This document shows positions 62,065-64,000 of a stretch of 64,000 nt of DNA, piece by piece (the stretch's first letter is position 1; each line of letters begins with the position of its first letter). The notes beneath the pieces are model-generated. The model did not search any database, was not told where the DNA came from, and saw nothing but the letters and a program-made list of their open reading frames with translations. The position numbers were made by a program, and so were the translations under genes. Source of the stretch: Callorhinchus milii (lineage: Eukaryota); assembly GCF_018977255.1 (NCBI RefSeq), contig NW_024704744.1:60698001-60762000 (forward strand). The letters are read 5' to 3'.

Positions 62065-64000
62065 CTGAGAAAGACAACAAGGTCAAAAGTATAAGTCATG
62101 GAAAAATAACGATGGCAATTAATCAGATGAAGATATCAAAGATTACAATCGTATATCAGATACTTTTAAACGGTATGGCATTAATTCCAGGTTTATGATC
62201 ACCACCATTTGAATAAAAAAATTATTTCAAAGAGAAAATAGCACATTTTTTAAATGAAATGCCTGCATCTTGTAATTGATTAACCATTGTGACCAACCTC
62301 AATATAATCCTAGTATGTTTTCAGAAGGAACTCACTAAATGTTACAGTTCACACACCATTATTGACAATATCCGAGGGTAACTGAAATAAACGATTGGCC
62401 CCAAGATTTATGCAAGCAATTCAGAGAATAATCCCAAGGACATTTTTTCCGGGGTGGGGGGGGGGGGGGGGGGGGAGAGGGGGTGCTCTGTATACCACAA
62501 ACAGTTCTAAAAACGAAAGTGAACAGACAGGAGTGTGCTGTTTGAATCATCAAGCTCATCAATTCATTGTTAATACATTGATGAGCTTGACGGGTCAAAT
62601 AGCACAATCCTGTTCTTAAATTCCTAATACATCTTTTCCTTTCCTGTCCGGTTTGAAGCAGCAACACACTAATACTCCTTCAATTGATCCATTTTCATAA
62701 TCAAAGGACAATTAATGCCGTCATATACTCTGCAATGCTAACCACCCCTAAACACTGTAATTATCTTGCACCACAAAAGGATAAAAGACTCCCTATACTG
62801 AAGTGAATAGCCACGATAATTACATATACATTTTTTATAAAAATTGAAATTAATATCCTACACAAAATGCAAATGTATTTAGAAATAGGTTCCTGTTGAT
62901 TAAGACGATTATTTTACTTTCTCACTTAAGAATTATACAAATTCCTTCTTTCATGGAATAAGCATTGCATTCAATAGCTTCCAACACCATGCATTAATGA
63001 ACACAAATGGAAACTACAGCAAGTAGAATAGATTCAAACTATAACTTATTATTATAATTATTTTATTTTTGTTGATTTGGCTGCATCTTATACATTGCAC
63101 CTTAATCATCTGTTTTTTTTATACCATCGCACAAACAACATTAATCCAACTAAACCTACTATATATTTCTGTCATACTAAGCTCTCAACACCCCCTCCCC
63201 CCGGGTGGCTTTGGTTGTTGTGATATTTACCCTCCTCTGTGCATATATTTATCCATCTATTCCATAGCCTTTCCTTCTTTCCCTTCCTCTAACTAAACTG
63301 GCTCTGGCTCCCTCCATCTGGTTCCCCTTCCGTCAGCAGTCCCGCACCTGTTCACACCTCCTCTCCTGTTGGATTCCACTAAAGATTTCCTCCTCTGCCA
63401 GGGCTATTCTGGCACACAGAATCTTTTTGTCATTCAATCCATCTGTCAGAAGTGAACTTTGTTTACCATGAGCTACTTCTTCTTTCTTGCAGTAGTGCAG
63501 ATCCTCAAGGTCACTATAAGATGCCCTGTCGTTAATTGATTTGCATTACCTACTGTCAACTTTGAGAAGCTAGTGTGACGATTTGCAAACTAACTTAACA
63601 ACATAAATTATTTGAAGAAATGGTGCCATTTAACATGTACAACAGGGCGATGATTTCTTTCGTTTACAAGGGAGACTTTGTTATATTAATCACAATTAAA
63701 ACAGTTTTCAGATGTATAGCACTATTCTGCGAGGAACAAAAGTGATTCAACACTCAAAAGGTTACAGTAAATAGACTGAAGAGTGTTTATTTCCCAGTCC
63801 TGTACCCACTTGGAAAAATTATTGCATTGTCATTGTAGCAGGAATATCAGTATTTTAGCCAAATGTTGCAATTGCAACAGAGATGCTATCTTGTCTCCTA
63901 TTAAAGATACAAATGGTAGATTAGTTACAGCACATATTAGGGTTTGATTTACAGGTTGAGTTGACCATGTGCAAATGCATACAAATTCTTTTAATTATGT

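Noticed and set aside
62451-62483. Poly-G run (possible G-quadruplex)
   Set aside because: Simple homopolymer of unreliable length; similar runs occur at ~9570 and ~7200.
63310-63520. Glu-rich minus-strand frame as candidate upstream SDCCAG8 exon
   Set aside because: Translation does not match the expected EIEKLR..LxESKQ...EECLRLTELL segment; that exon probably lies beyond the window.
1-64000. Prokaryotic systems (CRISPR arrays, operons, prophage)
   Set aside because: The sequence is eukaryotic intron. There are no regularly spaced direct repeats, and the integrase-like peptide is explained by a DIRS retrotransposon.

Overview
Vertebrate genomic DNA, AT-rich and repeat-dense. The SINE/LINE repertoire (tRNA-Ala/Deu-type SINEs with L2-like tails, L2, shark-type CR1 tails) points to a cartilaginous fish, most likely a holocephalan such as Callorhinchus milii (inference). 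The window lies in the 3' part of SDCCAG8 on the minus strand. Three short coding exons, none of them in the ORF track, splice in frame: 62064-61937 (128 nt), 54443-54335 (109 nt) and 41788-41657 (132 nt). They encode the C-terminal coiled coil (RLEKDSFFRSHSDDIKALAFQAQHRERELTEKMQQMEAQHDKT|VTDLDTLLSSQNTLINKLKAECRTLNWKLEQVAGKN|RSDVGHLFQEKEYQQERLEKLQKRNDEMEEQCIQHGEMHEKMKQR). I could not find the next exon in 1-41656, so the remainder appears intronic. It holds many SINE, L2 and CR1 fragments (often nested), a non-autonomous Helitron, a Tigger-like MITE, a DIRS-type tyrosine-recombinase retrotransposon relic, a Penelope-like end with a hammerhead-type core, a ~150-bp-arm inverted repeat, two pre-miRNA-sized hairpins, a (GT)n/(GGGT)n array around a 156-N gap, and several repeat-free blocks that may be conserved enhancers. 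No intact novel protein-coding system was found. Family assignments are from recalled consensus sequences, identities are estimated by eye, and most repeat boundaries are approximate.
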